Source: Owenia fusiformis
Taxonomy: Eukaryota
NCBI GenBank assembly: GCA_903813345.2
Contig: CAIIXF020000001.1
Span: 44,578,001-44,642,000 of the forward strand
DNA: 64,000 nucleotides
Direction: 5' to 3'
The number at the start of each line of letters is the position of its first letter. The first letter of the stretch is position 1. The notes beneath the pieces are model-generated. The model did no database searches and was not told where the DNA came from. It saw only the letters and a list, made by a program, of their open reading frames with translations. Below, piece by piece: positions 1 through 12,862 of this stretch. The position numbers were made by a program, and so were the translations under genes.

Positions 1-126
1 GTCTATTTTTCAAGAATGAAGGGTGTGGCATCAATGAAGGTCTTACACACTCTACTTTGTTAAACCTTTATAAATATATACCATTGTGCTTCGGGATTTA
101 GTATTTCAGATCCGTAAGAAGGTTTA

Positions 127-456
127 ACTAGAAAACAGCAATTCCAAAGAGTAGCAAATCCCACCGAACAAAAAATGTTTTAATAAATAGTGGCCATCTA
201 GGTGCCACCTTTGAAAATCAGTGGCCATCTTAAAAATATTTTCTTCAGCAAAGCTCCTTTGACTTAAGACATCAGCATAGTATAGTAGTTGAGTTACGAA
301 AGATTAACTTTTTTTACGAAAAATGGTGGCCATTTTGAATTGAGCGGCTTTATTGAAAATTGCTTCTCGAGCAGATGCCAGCCGGAATTTGAGTTATCAT
401 CCAGACAGATGGACAAATGGACGGACAGACGGATGAATGGCTTTCCAATAGGGATT
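127..456 (+). mobile_element. Short degenerate copy of the same Helentron-like family
   Basis: AACTAGAAAACAGCAATTCCAAAGAGTAGCAAATCCC start; GAGTTATC followed by (GACA/GGAC)n microsatellite. Confidence 0.6.
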
Positions 457-3400
457 CAATATATTAGTAGTAAAATTGAACATTTTCAAATAGTATGATC
501 CTACTTTCAACCCGACTTTCACAGTTCAGTCAGTAGCGCGTCAACCTTCAAACTGAATGATGTCCCAGCAGTTTCTGGGTTGGAATCCCGACAGAGATAA
601 TTATCTTTTTATCTTAGTTTTCTTTTAAACCACAACAGTTACACATTACTGGTTATGTTAGTTCCACTTACACAGGTTCTACTGTGTATTTTTTAATTTC
701 AAGAGTTTTAAAATAGAGATGAAACTCTTGAATGATTGCGTTTTATCTGACAGTTGGTTGATCTGTTGATTTTCTCAATACATCAAGAATACTGTGCTCA
801 AGAGTTGGTCTCAATATATTAATAATGTATGTAAGATATAGTTGAATAGAATCTAAGCATTTAGAATGGAACATCACCGACTGTCTGGGAGAAAAACCTC
901 AAGATGTGGCCTGTTGCACACAAGGATTTTAGCATTTGTCTTCTAAATGGCTGCCAGAAACTAGGTAGCGAATAGATACTTTTTATGGCACATCAGTAAA
1001 AAGCCTAACATCTAGGCAAAATTTGAAGAAAGCAATGTTGGAGATAACTGTCAAATGTACAAACAGATGGACGGACAGACAGACAGATGGACAGACAGAC
1101 AGATAAAAGTGCACCTGGCAATATTGCCCAACACTTTGTGGTTTTGACATAAAAAGGCAATTTCAGCAAGCAATAGAATTAATCATAGTGGCAGATAATA
1201 TAATATATTCATCAAGAGATATGTTTATCAATATCATGGTTGAGTGAAAACAATGTATTAAAAACAATAACATCCCAAAAAATCTTGCAACTGATTGTAC
1301 CTTATTTTTATTACTAATAGACTTGCATATAATGATGAGTTTACCTTTTATTTTATTGCCAGAAAAATAGTAAAGTTTTAGTGCTTATTAAATGCATGAC
1401 TTCCTGCTTAAAAAAAGCTCTATTTAATGCTAATTCGTAATAAGTTAATTCATATTATACTTAAATATTCTCCCTTTTTAAAGGAAAACTTTGCAAAAAT
1501 TTGCTTTACCCTTTATGTTTAGATCCATCAAAATGCAAAACTTAGGCCAGTTATACTTATAAAATAACTAATAAAAAATCAATAGTATATAAACTGTTTT
1601 AGCTAAACAAATAGAAAACATTTGGATATATACACCTTTAAGGGATCTTCTGGCCTTATCTTAGTTATATGTTTATTTTTAATTGTGATGTTTACCTCTG
1701 TTTTATGCAAAGTATTATAATTAACATGAACGAAATTCCATAAAAAGGTACATTGGTTGTAATTATTTCACATAATTATCAGAAGTTAGGAAGAATGAAC
1801 AAGGTAAGGAACATAGAATCCGTATAATTTAATTGTACATAGATGAGAGAACATTTTGTTGGAATGAGAATAAAGCATAAAGTGTTATGAAACTATGCTT
1901 TAATATTATTTACATAACAAATAGGTAATTTTTTGTAAAAATTCCTTTTTACTTCCATGAAAAAGAAATATATATTGTATGTAAGTATTAACACTCTACT
2001 AGTATGTTCCTACTAGAAACATGTTTTATGTAAATAGTTAACATATTTGCTAACCAGTGGAGGTCCTAGTGGACAGATCAGGCAAATGTCATATAATTTC
2101 AACCATTCAATCTATGATTTATGTATATATAGACTTTTAAAGCATTTAAAAACAGTTGTGATGTCATGATGATAAGCTGTGATGTCACTCAGGTGACAAA
2201 ATATTTTTCAAAAATTAAAAATTTACATTTTTTCTTTCAAAATATAGCAATTTTGTTGGCCATCTAGGTAAAAAATAATGTTTATCACATTTTATATATT
2301 TATTTTTTATTTATTTTATTTATTTTCGTATGTACTATTGGATTCAAGAGAACTAAAATTTTATGGCCTTTTTTCTCTGAATTGCTTTTCTGTGCTTACT
2401 AATTAATTTCTTGCTTATTTTTCGACCAATTTTCTTATTTTTTTTTCAAAAATATGATAAGATTGATAAGATGTATGTTACGCATCGGTTTGAATTATTA
2501 CTTAACAATGTACTCTCTGTGGGTGACAACTAAAATTCTATTTGAATTATTTTTTGAACAAAAAGTTGTTCAAAATCAACCTGTTGAATCTAAATTGAAT
2601 AGTTTCACATAGTCCATTTTGATAACATTGGGCAGGACAAGAACATAAGCCGAAGTGGTTTAAACTTTATAGAGAGCCTTTGAAAATTCCTGGGAATTTG
2701 TATCTGAAAATCATATTCTATCCACAAGAAGTACTATACATGTATTTATTTTTTACGTAAAATTTACTTATCTTCGGAGGATTGCCCAGAAGCATTGTGC
2801 TTATCCAGGCCAGTCCAGGGGCTTTCCTCTCTAAATGATTACATAATATTAGAGATGGTATCATATGGCTTTTTGTAGTCATCTTTGAAGAGTCCAATCT
2901 GCGAGAGAGTTCCATGTTTTAGGAGAAAATGGCAAGTGTAAGAATGAGTTGGTCTTTTGAGGTATTAAGGCTGACTTCCATTCATTATTTTATACACAAC
3001 TATTCTTTTCATTGCTCAGTTAGTTTGTCCAATCCAAGCTCTTTAAGAATTTCACCTATGTTAGTTTCTATATTGGGTCAGGTACATGCTTACGCTGATT
3101 GGCGTTGGATACCATTAAGGTGGTGACTTTGTCAGTAAGAACAGTTATCCTAAAGGATGCAAGAGTAATCAATGATGTGCTGTATGTTTTTTACTCGAGT
3201 TTTTATGTGAGTTTCCCAATTTAGAAATTTGTGTTTGGTCAAACAAAGGTAGGTATGTGATGTTATTTTTTTATTCTTGTGCCACCCAGGTTAAATTGAG
3301 TTCGTTGCCAGTAACGGTTCTGAGAATTAGAAAGTATGAAGGTTGATTCATCAATTATTTAATGAATACTCTTCACATTTAGCAAAAGGATGTTTAAGTT

Positions 3401-3943
3401 CACTAATTTCATTTCATTTCAAGTAGGAATATGGACTTTTTTGCCCTCGTTTGATGCATCAAGTTTACCTTTAAAAAACTTCTTAAATTTCTTATGGTTA
3501 TCACTGACTCCAAAGCTTCACTTAAACCCATCATCATTATATTACCACACACAGATGTTCAAGTACAAGGACTTGGTAAAATGGAAATAATCAATAACTA
3601 TAATATTAATTTCAAAGAATTGGTTTAGTAAACAAAAATACAAAATTACAGTTGAATCCCCAAAAGAAATTACCCCAAGTTTTAAACTGTATATACGAGA
3701 TAAAATCTAAATCATTTGAATTAATTGTAACAGTTAATCTACACATTTTCAATTCTCTTTACTGCTGATAAAACATTAATTCAACATTTATATATATATT
3801 ATATACAATAGAATAATTGTTACCATGTCTATTTCAATAACATAAAGTAATCATCCTCAATAAGAGTTCTGAAATTATCTGTCCATTAAATAATTAAATA
3901 ACACATAAATAAAATATCCTATTATACACTTAATTAAGGGAAA

Positions 3944-4008
3944 TATATAAATAAATAGACATCGTCATTGTCTTCTATTTTATCTTCTTGCTAGATACCA
4001 TCAATAAG
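3944..4008 (+). promoter_or_regulatory. Putative TATA box and non-coding first exon of paralogue A
   Basis: TATATAAATA at 3944, strong donor AAG|GTAAGT at 4009; the ATG exon has an acceptor at 5720, so an upstream UTR exon is expected. Analogous candidate donors at 13998 (B) and 23672 (C). Confidence 0.45.
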
Positions 4009-4538
4009 GTAAGTATTATGTTTGATTTTATATGTTAAAGATTAGATAGACAGCACTTAATATTAGACAGTAGAACAATATTGGACAGGCTGTTATATAA
4101 GAGAGTACTAAAAAAATATTGAGTGCTTCATTTGAGAGCACTACAATGATGGACTGAGTACTATATACCATTTAGTCTTTGAGACAGTATTCTATTATAA
4201 GAGCGTACTATGATAAGGGCTTATTGCCTGTAACTCTGTATGAGATCAAGTCAAAATGTTTACTTATACATAACCTTGTTTTGGGATTTCTTCAATTTCG
4301 ACGTTTGCAGGTTCAAAGATGTTTGGACCCCTTTTTCATACTTTGAATATTCACATGGCACTAATGGATCATGGTGGGCAGTGACATTTTAGAGTATATG
4401 TCTAATATTGGGGAACATGTCCCAGATACAGGGATGTGAATTTGAATGAATACATATGAATTTCCTGATGGCAGTTGTACACACATATTTCCATATAATC
4501 AGCAAAAACAACTTACCTTACACTTACACGCTATTCAT

Positions 4539-5290
4539 AAACAAGGCTTTAACATTACAAAATGTCACCACCTAGTTGCTCATAATATCATGAGTTCAAT
4601 CTTTAGTCAGATTTGAATATCTGAGAACTTGTAGATGATTTTGGAAAAAAATTGGTCAATTTGACACAAGTTGAAAAAAAAACTTTTTGACCCTGAGATG
4701 GTCATTGAAGGTGAAATCTCAAATCTAAAGTCAGATTTGAACTTCTAAGAACTTCTAAGAACTAAGAAAAAAAATCGGTTAATTTCAAGCAAGATGAAAA
4801 AAGACCTTTTTGACCTTGAGAGGTCATTGAAAGTCAAATCTTTTTTTGACCTTGAGAATGTCACTGAAGGTCAAATCTATAATCAGATTTGAACTTTTGA
4901 GAACTTGTCGATGATTTTGAAAACAATCGGTCAATTTGAAGCAAGTTGAAAAAAGACCTTTTTGACATGTTTTGACTTTGAAAAGGTCATTGAATGTCAA
5001 ATCTAAAATCAGATGTAAACTTGCAGATAATTTTGGAAAAAAAAATTGGTTGACTTGAAGCAAGTTGAAAAAAGACTTTTTTGAACTTGAAAAAGTCACT
5101 GAAGGTAAAATCTTCTAGATCTTCTAAAATCTTGTAGATGATTTTGAAAAAAATTAAGTCAGTCTAGAAAGTATTTGTTAAGTTATTGGAAGTTGTAAGA
5201 ATTTGTTACAGACACCAACCACCAACCGCCGTAAAAAAAAAACGGAGACCATAACAATAGTACAATAACGTCATTTCTAAGGGCGGTATA
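4539..5290 (+). mobile_element. Dispersed repeat family with internal tandem subrepeats (GAAGGTCATTGAAGGTCAAATCT)
   Basis: Closely similar to 59989-60510 (AACAAGGC.TTAACAT.ACAAAATGTCACCACCTAGTTGCTCATAATAT.ATGAGTTCAATC); 5' stubs near 21652 and 33870; related sequence at 19120-19330. Confidence 0.75.
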
Positions 5291-5726
5291 GTGAAATATG
5301 AAATATGTTATAATATGACATAATAAGTAAGTATGGTTGAGTACAAAAGTGCAATTAATCAAAATCAGAAAAATAGTCTCTTGTTCATGTTTTATCTTTC
5401 ACAATTGAAAAAACAAGAACTAGGTATAGCTATTGTTTGTTTTGTAGTCTCGACTTCTACTTCTTGGCTGATTTTTTTAGAAAAGGTTTCTTATCAAGTT
5501 AAATAGTCTCCTTGGTTGGTAAAACTTGTGATCTTCCATGTTTCTTTTGTTTCAGAGTACACCTATTAGATGCCTCAAATTCCTTTAAAAAGGGCTTCCC
5601 CAAAATTGGCTTTAGCCACATATGATATTAGCAAAATGAAATGTGAAAGATAAGAAACAATTATGAATAATTAACACAATTAGTGAAATTTAAAAGATTT
5701 ATTGCAATCAGTTTTTTCAGAATATA

Positions 5727-8700
5727 ATGATGTTGATGCATACAATAATAGTCCTGCTTGGGATGTGGACTTTGGCACATGCAGATCTTAGTAACCTAGG
5801 TGAATATGCAAGTTTACTATGTTTGCTACCTCTTCAAATGATGTATTTTGCCAATCTTGAATAATTAGTTTAAAGATTTTGCTCACTCAGCCAAAATCAA
5901 ATGATATAATAGCAATTCAGACACTATTCTTGCATTTACCTGTATGAATTTTGCTCAGTACTGTATAGTCTGAAATTAACAGAAACACGAGCATTACAAA
6001 TTTTTCATCAAACTCACTCATGGTCTTTCAGAAATTCACTAATTCATGTTTTGTTTCATTTATTTCCCCTCTTTCAAGGAGAGCATTAAAACATTTTAAA
6101 GCTCTATACCATGGTACTGTCAGCTGTATAAGAATACTGAAAATTGATTTGACATACTTGCATCATATAATAATTTCACATAAATATGTTTAGCAAAGAA
6201 CAGAGGCATAAAGGCGCCTAGTGGAAGGGAAGCTGATGTACCTGACAACTTCGTTGGTAGGTTCTGGGTTTTATCTTTTATTAATTATTTCCTACACATC
6301 CACTTCTTATATCCAGGAACATTAGTTATCTTCCTCTATTCAAATGTTAACTTAAAGGAATATTCCTTGCCAAACCATCTCTCTCCTCATATGGTAGCTA
6401 TAACCATATATATGCTTGCCATATTTAGCAAAACTCGCAAAAATGTTTTGATATGGTCAAATTTGATCACTTAGAAATGTGATGCTCAATTCCAGTAAGC
6501 TGCCATCTTTTAAAATTTCACACAGGAAGTGATGTCATCGACTCTCAACTTTGCATATAGCATTAGGTGAGGAGCTATTGAGAATTACAAAACCAGCTAA
6601 ATATTATTTTTCAACTTTGTATATTTAATCCTTCTGAAAATCTCTTCTTTTATTCTAAGTTGACAAGCCCTGAAAATATTTTTGCACAGAAAGTAATGAT
6701 CACTTGTCTAGAAGTGATTTTGTTCTACTTTCCTATACTGTTATGGGCAAGGTTATAGAAGTTGAGAGTTGATGACATCACTTTCTGCAAGACCCCTAGG
6801 AGGTATAATAGTTTATCCCATACTTGGACGTGTTACAGGTACATAAAGCCGGTTTGTAAAAACTTATATTTTCATCAGCAGGCAGATATAGCTTTATGTC
6901 CCGCTCCGAGCAGGCAGATATAGTATATCTGCCCGCTACGTCATAATCGCCGCTCGCATATTTGTTCATAATTTGTAACGTTCGCGTAACGACTGTAAAC
7001 GACAATGGAGAAAACACAGACAATCGGAATCTGTTTGATGGTTTAAAATAGGGAAGGAGCATCCACTTAAAAAATTCGAGAAAATATATGTGGGAATATT
7101 TGAGAGAACAGAAAAATCCGCCCACAGCCAAGAAAACAAAACTGGACATGAATATTCTAAAATATTTCCACGATTGAACAATGTGAACCAGATGACCAAG
7201 ATTGGTATGGGATAAACATATTATCCTATAGTCGGTTCAGGATATTGGGATTATCCCTTGGTCAATATAATATATTTTCCCTCGGGACCTGCGGCCCTCG
7301 GGCAAATATATTATATTGACCTTGGGATAATCCCAATATCCTGAACCTCATATAGGATAATCTCTATATACAAACTGTACACCCTAGGTTAAATAAAATG
7401 ATTAAAGAGAAAATATCTTGATTTTTTCTTATACAGGGTGCTTAGCAAGAGAAGGCCGTTACCAAGTAGCAGGAGTCCCTGGTAAACCAGATGAAATTAA
7501 TGAATGTATATACTATAAATGTGTGGGTAATGAATGGAAACCACAAGTATGTCCGGACAAGTTGGGCATATTAGAGAGCCAGTTTGATAAAGCTGGCAGA
7601 ACAAATAGCTTTCCATGTACGAAGCCAAAAAATGGATGTTTATCAACTCTATCAGAAAGAGGAGTAGGTATGATGTATTAATAACATACATTTTTGTATT
7701 TTATTAAAATGTGTGTCATTTATTGACTCTTAGGTAAATTACGAATTTTTTCATTTATTTTTTTAAAATTAATTTATTAACATTACGAATTATATATTTT
7801 GCGTGATTTTAATAGACTTCAAGATGTCCCTAGTCCTACTAGGGATATCTCGCATACCATTGAATAGATTGTCGCGGAATTCTGTACTCGTGAATGTTAA
7901 AATTATGATGTTGGAGACCTACCCTTTATTTGACCAGCCCACTTCTTTCCTGTCTCATTTATACAGTTGAAATTGTAATTCTTGAGTTCTTAATTATCGT
8001 AAATCCTTCATTCTATAAGTATAATGTCGAAGCAATATCAACTTAGAAATTTTAGTTTGTCTGGTCATTCTGCAAATCTATATGAACACCAAGAAACGAA
8101 ATTATTATAATAAGATTTTGATAAGTTTGACACGCGCACCCGCGCATTAGTGGTGCAACTCGAATGCCAGTACTCGCCACTCACTCGTTGAACCTGTCCA
8201 AGATAGTTACTCGAGTACGTTTTTTCAAACTCGAGTAGGCATTGAATTCCCAAACAACGATCTCATACCCCGGGAATGATCATTTTTGGATGCACTGAAC
8301 GAAACAAAGTATCGATTCCGGAAACAAAATGAAAATATTTAAAAACAAACAAACAAACACAATTATGGCATGAATAACTACATTTATTCTCACTAAATTG
8401 ATACAAACTATATATAACATCAATAACATATAGAAGAAACGAAGAAATTGTATCTATTTGGTCTTCAAACAGTCGACTAGGTGAGTTTTTTTTTTTTTTT
8501 AATTTTTCCCTAATTTGTGCGAGTGGTCCTCCATTACAGTGGCATTTTCACACTTTCTACTCGAGTAGCATTTTTCTTGTGAGTTGCACCACTACCGCGC
8601 ATGCGCATAAAGAGAATTTTAATTTTCAAAATTAGTTCCAAATTTTTGACAAAAATCTCCTAATTACTCATGAAATACCAAAATACTTCACTAAAAACGT

Positions 8701-11700
8701 AGCAGAGTGATTTCGGAGCATTCAAAGATAGGGTAGGTGCATAGTTTATCGCAGTTTGCTGCGTCATTATAAATATAGGTATGCGTAATGGCCATGATAT
8801 CATCATGGCCATTGGGAAAGGCTAGATTTTAAGTGATCTTTTGCTATCTATTTCTACAGTAAAGTAAACTCTGGGATAACTGTTAAGCTTTTAAATATTT
8901 CTTTCCTTTATTATCAGATTATAATACATGACTCTCATTCTTATCCAACTTGAAAATGTTATATTTGAAGGACTTTTAGTTTGAAAAACTGTGAATATTT
9001 TTAAAATGTATGTTATCATAAAATCTATATTCCTTAAGCTGAATGCATCAAATTATTGCTTCAGCTATGGTAATCATGGAGCCTTCTTTGCCAGTGAACA
9101 AAAACATGTACAGTAAAACCTGTGTATAGTGAACATTATTTTTGCCAAGAAAAAAAACGTTCACTGTTTGTAGGTGTTCACTACAGCAAGAATTTGATTT
9201 TGAGGCATTTTGCTATATTATATAAACAATTATTAAACAAGGCTAAAAGAGAGGAGGGAATAGTCACTTTACTTTGTATTTTCTACTCATGATAATCCAC
9301 GATAAGTTTTTGTTTTGTTGTTGTTGCGTTATATCAAAAGACTTATTTTAGACTGACTGTCATCTGAATGGTTCATCCTTTTATTGTCAAATGTTAATCT
9401 CTTTATAATTCTTTATAATCTCATCAAGATGATCCTTTAAATAGTAGAATCCTTGACACATCTGAGTCAGTTAAAGGAATTTATTGAATAAATTAGACAT
9501 AATAGAGTCAAAGGGTGATAATGATAATCTTAATCCAATCTGATTTTTAAATTGATGGGGACGAGAACAAGATTAAGTTTGGATTTTGCAGGTAATAAAA
9601 GATAATCACCAGATTATCTCAAAAGCAATCAAAGCTAGACACATATCATGTTTTATAAAACTTATTAAGAATTAAAATTTGTCACACCTGTTTCAACAGA
9701 GGAGGAGATCAACATCTCAAATTAACATTTTAATTATTTTTGGCAGGTAATATAAACATAAACTGTTTCACTCTTAAGCAGTTGCAAACAATCTGTGAGA
9801 AATCTTATATCTGAATCAATGTCAATAGAGTCAGAATAATTCCATTGATTTTGCCAAGATTGAGTGTTCACAGTAGGTAGGTGTTCACTATAGGACATCA
9901 GAGTAAATGAAAGAAAAGGGTTTTGCCAATAAAAAACATTCACTGTCGATAGGTGTTCACTAGAGAGATGTGTTCCCTAACTCAGGATTTACTGTACTTC
10001 AATCATTAATGAGACTTATATTCTAATCCTTAGCCGAAACTGCAACAACTGTCTGTGGAGTCGACTTGGTCACTGTAATAGATGTTTCCTGTAGTATTGC
10101 TAGTGAAGACAAAGCAAAAATTAAAACTTTCTTAAAGAAATTTGTTTCCAACTTTCCGATTGGACCAGCATTCACCCAAATTGCAGGCTCTGTATATGGC
10201 AGTATTGTCAAAGACTTTCTCTACTTCAACACCTACAATAGTGCGAGGATGGTTAGTGAATCTTTGTGATCCTATAGATAATATCAATGTTTTAAAACGC
10301 AAGCAAAATGTTTGATGATTTTTTACACTTTTTTTTTTGATTTATGAATGACATCGTTTATTCATATAACAGGTACGAAAGGCAATTGATGAAATGCCAC
10401 TTGATGCTAAACCATGTGCTACCCACACATTTGAAGCTCTTCGTCAGGCAAGAGAGGTTCATTTGACTGAAGAAAAGGGAAGACGTGATAAAGGCGCAGA
10501 TAAGCGTGATGTACAGTAATATTGTAGATTATTCGTTTTTGAAAACCTCTATACAAAAACCTCAATAATTTTGGTTGTTATATTAGTTTAGGACAATTAT
10601 CAATTATGTATTTTAACAAACACATCATTATTTTTCGTTCCAAAATATAAACCCCAATTTGTCCCACGCTCAAGTCAACTTGTTTTGCCAAACTTTGAAT
10701 TGTTGATTCAAAAATGGGGTTAAATTACTAAAATAGTGTTTTATTTTCTATGCTTCATAAAAGGGATCAGGCATAGTATGGAGAATGCTACTTTGAGACT
10801 GAGATTTTCTCACCTTACATTTCCTCTAAGAGTCCTTAACAATGGTTCTTAGAGTTAAATTGGTATTTTTATTATCCTGATCAAAAAACACATTATTATA
10901 ATGAAAAAAAAGTTCCATTTATGTTCAGAATGTAGACATGGTCAGTGATATGACTTTTCTAAATCATTCTCCATACGGTAACTGGTCAACTCGTACCCAA
11001 GACAACTCATACCCAAGACAACTCGTACCCAAGTCATGTCGTATCCAAGACAACTCGTACCCAAGACAACTTGTACCCTTGTATATGTTTTGAATCAAGT
11101 GTTGGGCTGGGAATGGGTATAGATATACATATTATAATGGTTACATACAGTTCAGAATAGTTTGAAGTATGCCCTCGGTCCAGTAATTTCACTATATTGC
11201 CCGCAGAAATGACATTATTGTACTATTAATTGTTTGATTCATTTGTTGAAAAGTTACTGTTGTAATTATATTTATTTATATATACGTATTACAAAAAAAG
11301 TTGAAAACAAGCCTTTCAAAGCACTTCTTTCATTTAAAAAAGGTAATCCAAGTTAAAACAAAATGCTTTGCTTAATCCATTGAGAAAAAATGTCTTCTAA
11401 ATTCAGAAAAAATATTGAGGCACACATATTATAACATTAAACATTTTGACACAGACTCAATTTGTTTTCTTATATGCACCCATAATACTGAAAATAAACT
11501 TGGGTACGAGTTGTCTTGGGTACGAGTTGTCTTGGGTACAAGTTGTCTTGGGTACGAGTTGTCTTGGGTACGAGTTGACTAGGAAGCCTCCATACCATAC
11601 CTGATTTTTTAAGAATTTCATGTCTGAAGATCTTGAGCTATTGCTTGAGTACTTGATGCCAGGATTAAATGCTTTCTCAATCACCTTAAGGTTTGACATT

Positions 11701-12046
11701 TTAAAATATCAGACAAATATGTATTTTATTTTAGTGTTGTGTAATGTTGATGACTGATGGATACACACATCCCCAAAACAAGAAACATGAGACTATTCGA
11801 GAAGCAGCTAACATACGCAAAATATGTGCTTTAATTCTGGTTACTTTGCCAAATAGTCCAGAGGAAGAAAAGAAAATGCCTGAGCAACAAAGAAAGAAAT
11901 TGCGTGAAGAGGAATTTGCAAAGATACAACCTGATGGAGACATGAGGCTTGACCTTCAGTCATTTGATGAACTGGAAGAAAACATCAACAACATTGCAAG
12001 AAAGACGTGTCAGCCTGTTAATCGAATTGAAAAGAATACGGTCTAA
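5727..12046 (+). CDS. Secreted chitin-binding-type-2 (CBM14/peritrophin-A)-like + VWA domain protein, paralogue A (344 aa, 6 coding exons)
   Basis: Exons 5727-5799, 6194-6256, 7437-7667, 10034-10251, 10373-10510, 11735-12046; GT-AG introns, phases 1,1,1,0,0; total 1035 nt open. Signal peptide MMLMHTIIVLLGMWTLAHA; 6-Cys exon with C-x-YY-x-C...W...CPD; VWA with DVSCS, THT and MLMTDG MIDAS residues; AATAAA at 12104. The donor at 10511 (GTACAG) is weak but gives the same 138-nt exon as paralogue B. Confidence 0.88.
6796..7365 (+). mobile_element. Non-autonomous Helitron/Helentron-like element with a large terminal hairpin
   Basis: Subterminal inverted repeat TTTATCCCATAC (about 6812) / GTATGGGATAAA (about 7206) and a near-perfect 140-nt palindrome at 7221-7360. 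Family assignment is inferred from structure only. Confidence 0.55.
8148..8594. mobile_element. Non-autonomous hAT-type MITE
   Basis: TIR TAGTGGTGCAACTC / GAGTTGCACCACTA; perfect 8-bp TSD CCGCGCAT at 8140-8147 and 8595-8602. Confidence 0.88.
9111..9994. mobile_element. Non-autonomous Tc1/mariner (pogo/Tigger-like) element
   Basis: TA|CAGTAAAACCTG ... CAGGATTTACTG|TA; subterminal GTGTTCACTA repeats; a related fragment lies at about 56020-56144. Confidence 0.75.
10977..11587. mobile_element. Foldback-like DNA element with inverted subterminal 17-bp tandem repeats
   Basis: (CAACTCGTACCCAAGA)n at the left end and its reverse complement (TTGGGTACGAGTTGTC)n at the right end; flanking direct repeat CTCCATAC at 10969-10976 and 11588-11595. 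Confidence 0.8.
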
Positions 12047-12635
12047 CCTCAACCTTTCTTGCAATTAACTGTATTTTCAAGTCAAGTTCCCTCTTTGAAT
12101 AGCAATAAACACAAGTGCATTAATATTGATGTTCAGTATGTTATTTTGAAGAGTAAATGAAAATGGTGGTAAATAATTACAAAGTGGCTCCATTTATTTT
12201 TGATTTCTATTATTATAATAGGAATTGTCGCATAGTATTGCTTTTCTCTAATGTTTGAGCACAAAACATCCAAAGGGCTACCTAAAAATTAGCCTATAAG
12301 CCACAAACCTAAGCAGAATAAGATAGATTTCTTTCCCAGCTTTTTGCCTATTCATTATTTTCTTTCCAATTTAAATATTTTACAATATTAAACCTTTATA
12401 TGTACTTCCAAGACAATATCGGTTAGTAAGTCAAAACATGTTAACTGTAATTCAAACAGGGCTTTCTTTTTTAGTGAACAATACAATAAGTTTATTTTTT
12501 TACTGCAGGACAACTTTGTGAGGTGTTAGACTTTCATATTGATAATATATTTGGTAAGTTTGGAAATACAGTTTTAGTCATCAGAGAGTAGGTATATCAA
12601 TAGGTACAGATTGTGCTCCCTTTTGGCAGATCTTT

Positions 12636-12862
12636 TGTAACGACCCTTGATAACAAGTTGCTACTACAGTCCAGCTGTAGTGGCTTAAGCCTTTATACTG
12701 TAGCTCAGTCGGTAGAGCATCAGACTTTGGGTCCAAGGGTCCTAGGTTCGATTCCCACACGGGGCATTGAATTTATCACACTTTCTTTCAATTTCTTTAT
12801 CTGGCTTGTTACACTATGCTCGTAAGTTAGTCATTACCCTGGGGCGCCCTCTGGTCATTACA
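12636..12862 (+). mobile_element. 227-bp solo-LTR-like element containing a tRNA-derived segment (tRNA-bearing TRIM type)
   Basis: Termini TGTAACGACC...GGTCATTACA (TG..CA, 9/10 inverted match); 4-bp direct repeat CTTT at 12632-12635 and 12863-12866; removing it restores the host peptide A-D-L-L-L-F-S-Y-E. Confidence 0.75.
12700..12766 (+). pseudogene. tRNA-derived sequence (tRNA-Lys(TTT)-like D arm; Pol III A and B boxes), not a functional tRNA
   Basis: TAGCTCAGTCGGTAGAGCATCAGACTTT matches the metazoan tRNA-Lys(TTT) 5' half as I recall it; B box GGTTCGATTCC at 12745-12755; anticodon and acceptor stems do not pair. Confidence 0.8.

Noticed and set aside
2700..3600. Possible decayed retroelement ORF on the minus strand
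   Set aside because: Only faint resemblance, with many stops; cannot be assigned without a profile search.
10985..11080. 17-bp direct repeats resembling an array or iterons
   Set aside because: Mirrored in inverted orientation at 11500-11580, so they are transposon subterminal repeats.
12700..12766. Functional tRNA gene
   Set aside because: Acceptor and anticodon stems do not pair and the segment lies inside a TSD-flanked insert.
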